DNA of 64,000 bases, taken from contig CM059438.1 of the NCBI GenBank assembly GCA_030390025.1, forward strand, positions 69,318,001 to 69,382,000. Reading direction: 5' to 3'. The stretch's first letter is position 1. Each line of letters begins with the position of its first letter. Of the stretch, positions 61,720-64,000 are shown piece after piece. The position numbers were made by a program, and so were the translations under genes. Below the pieces are notes generated by a model. The model was not told the origin of the DNA and did not search any database. It was given only the letters and a program-made list of their open reading frames with translations. This stretch comes from Squalus acanthias. Taxonomy: Eukaryota.

Positions 61720-63632
61720 TCACATCTGTGAACAAGCCAACGACGACTCGAGTCCGGATCTCGTCATGTATCGTGACATAAACCCAAGATCCCGGTTGAG
61801 ACCGTCTTCATGAGTGCGGAACTTGGCTATCAGTTTCTGCTTGATGATTTTGCGTTGTCGTGTGTTTCTAAGGTTGCCTTGGAGAACGCTTACCCGCAGA
61901 TCCGAGGCTGAATGTCCTTGACTGCTGAAGTGTTCCCCGACTGGGAGGTAACAATCCTGCCTGGCGATTGTTGCGCGGTGCTCGTTCATACGTTGTCTCA
62001 GTGTCTGCATGGTCTCGCCGATGTACCATGCCGCGGTGCATTCTTTCCTGCAACGTATGAGGTAGACAACGTTGGCCGAGTCACATGAGTATGTACCATG
62101 TACCTGGTGGGTAGTGTCCTCACGTGTGATGGTGGTATCTGTGTTGATGACCTGGCATGTCTTGCAGAGTTTGCCGTGGCAGGGTTGTGTGGTGTCGTGG
62201 TTGCTGTTATCCTGAAAGCTGGGTAATTTGCTGCGAACGATGGTACTTCTGAGGTTAGGCGGCTGTTTGAAGGCAAGTAGTGGAGGCATGGGGATGGCCT
62301 TAGCGAGGTGTTTGTCGTCATCGATGACATGTTGAAGGCTGCGAAGAACATGGCGTAGTTTCTCCGCTCCGGGGAAGTACTGGACGACGTAGGGTACCCT
62401 GTTGGTTGTGTCCCGTGTTTGCTTTCTGAGGAGGTCTATGCGATTTTTCGCTGTGGCCCGTCGGAACTGTCGATCGATGAGTCGAGCGTCATATCCCGTT
62501 CTTATGAGGGTGTTTTTCAGCGTCCGTAGGTGTCCATCGCGTTCCTCCTCGTCTGAGCAGATCCTGTGTATTCGCAGGGCTTGACCATAGGGGATGGCTT
62601 CTTTAACATGGTTAGGGTGGAAGCTGGAGAAGTGGAGCATCGTGAGGTTGTCCGTGGGCTTGCGGTAGAGTGAAGTGCTGAGGTGTCCGTCTTTGATGGA
62701 GATTCGTGTGTCCAGGAATGAAACCGATTCTGAGGAGTAGTCCATGGTGAGTTTGATGGTGGGATGGAACTTGTTTATGTTATCGTGTAGTCTTTTCAGT
62801 GATCCTTCGCCATGGGTCCAAAGGAAGAAAATGTCGTCGATGTATCTGGTGTACAGCGTTGGCTGGAGGTCCTGTGCAGCGAAGAAGTCTTGCTCGAACT
62901 TGTGCATGAAGATGTTGGCGTATTGGGGTGCGAATTTGGTCCCCATGGCTGTTCCGTGTGTTTGGGTAAAAAAATGGTTGTCGAAGGTGAAGACATTGTG
63001 GTCAAGGATGAAGCGGATGAGTTGTAGGATGGCTTCTGGAGATTGGCTGTTGTTGGTGTTGAGTACTGAGGCTGTCGCAGCGATGCCGTCATCGTGGGGG
63101 ATACTGGTGTAGAGTGCCGATATGTCCATCGTGGCGAGGAGTGTTCCTGGTTCAACTGGTCCGTGGGTGCTGAGTTTCTGTAAGAAGTCTGTAGTGTCGC
63201 GACAGAAGCTGGGGGTTCCCTGTACGATGGGTTTCAGAATGCCCTCGACGTATCCAGAGAGGTTCTCACACAGGGTTCCATTGCCTGATACGATAGGACG
63301 TCCGGGTGTGTTGGCTTTGTGTATCTTTGGGAGGCAGTAGAAGTCTCCCACGCGGGGAGTACGTGAGATGAGAGCGCGTAGGATGTTTTGAAGGTCTGGA
63401 TCGAAGGTCTTGATCAGTCTATTGAGTTGGCGGGTGTGTTCTTTGGTCGGATCTGCGGGTAGCTGTCTGTAGTGTTCCTGGTTGTCCAGTTGTCGGTATG
63501 CTTCTTTACAATAGTCCGTTCTGTTCTGTATGACGATGGCTCCTCCTTTGTCCGCTGGTTTGATGACAATGTTGCGGTTGGTCTTGAGAGCGTGGATGGC
63601 GTTGCGTTGTGCTCGGGTGACATTCTGGACTG
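61720..63632 (-). CDS. Penelope reverse transcriptase + GIY-YIG endonuclease, uninterrupted but lacking its N-terminus
   Basis: IKPADKGG, PGRPIV, GTAMG, RYIDDIF, CHGKLCKTC linker, VVYLI...WYIGET, R..EH, GLN. Confidence 0.95.
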
Positions 63633-64000
63633 TCACCAAATGCCATACAGAATAGGTTAACACATACAAGTCAAACATATCGAAAGGAATTGGAACTTTT
63701 TTTGTCAACTCATCAATATGATTAAGAGTCGCCAAACACAGGTAATGAGAAATCCAAACAGGTAAAGTTTGTTGGCCTGATATGGAGTCTGCAGTCTCCC
63801 CTCATAGGACACACATATGGAAGGCCAGAGGCCTTCAACACTGGTTTGTAAAGTGAAAGTTTAGAATCCTCAACTGTGTGCAGGGATACTAATTGAGTCA
63901 ACCACACAGAGCTAAGCTTCATACTACTTGTCCGAACACCCTGCACATGAGCACACTGTGGTTATCAGGAAATCCATGGGAAGAATCTCAACTGAGAGGT

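Larger units (their letters stand above)
61340..63632 (-). mobile_element. 5'-truncated Penelope-like retroelement (Neptune-type)
   Basis: TSD tcaccaaat (61331-61339, 63633-63641); RT-GIY-YIG ORF followed by a pLTR with a hammerhead. Confidence 0.95.

Noticed and set aside
63633..63735. N-terminus of the 671-aa Penelope ORF
   Set aside because: Lies at and beyond the TSD; flanking DNA that happens to be in frame

Overview
AT-rich, repeat-saturated vertebrate DNA; the repeat content suggests a cartilaginous fish (inference). I recognise no host protein-coding gene. The window is a nested mosaic of mobile elements. LINEs and SINEs: several CR1 LINEs, a CR1/L2-group LINE with a tRNA-derived SINE-like 5' end, L2 fragments and Deu-domain SINEs. 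DNA transposons: at least six PIF/Harbinger elements or remnants (transposase plus spliced Myb/SANT gene), several MITEs and a hAT element with a perfect 8-bp TSD. LTR-derived pieces: two long LTRs, a gag fragment and a Gypsy integrase fragment. Penelope-like elements: five insertions, one with an uninterrupted RT+GIY-YIG ORF. The most notable structure is eight minimal hammerhead ribozyme motifs with covarying stems, six of them as sense/antisense pairs in fold-back Penelope mini-elements. Also notable are a gag fragment inside a Harbinger transposase, promoter/splice-donor-rich MITEs and a head-to-head CR1 duplication. Family names come from recognising motifs by eye, not from database searches.
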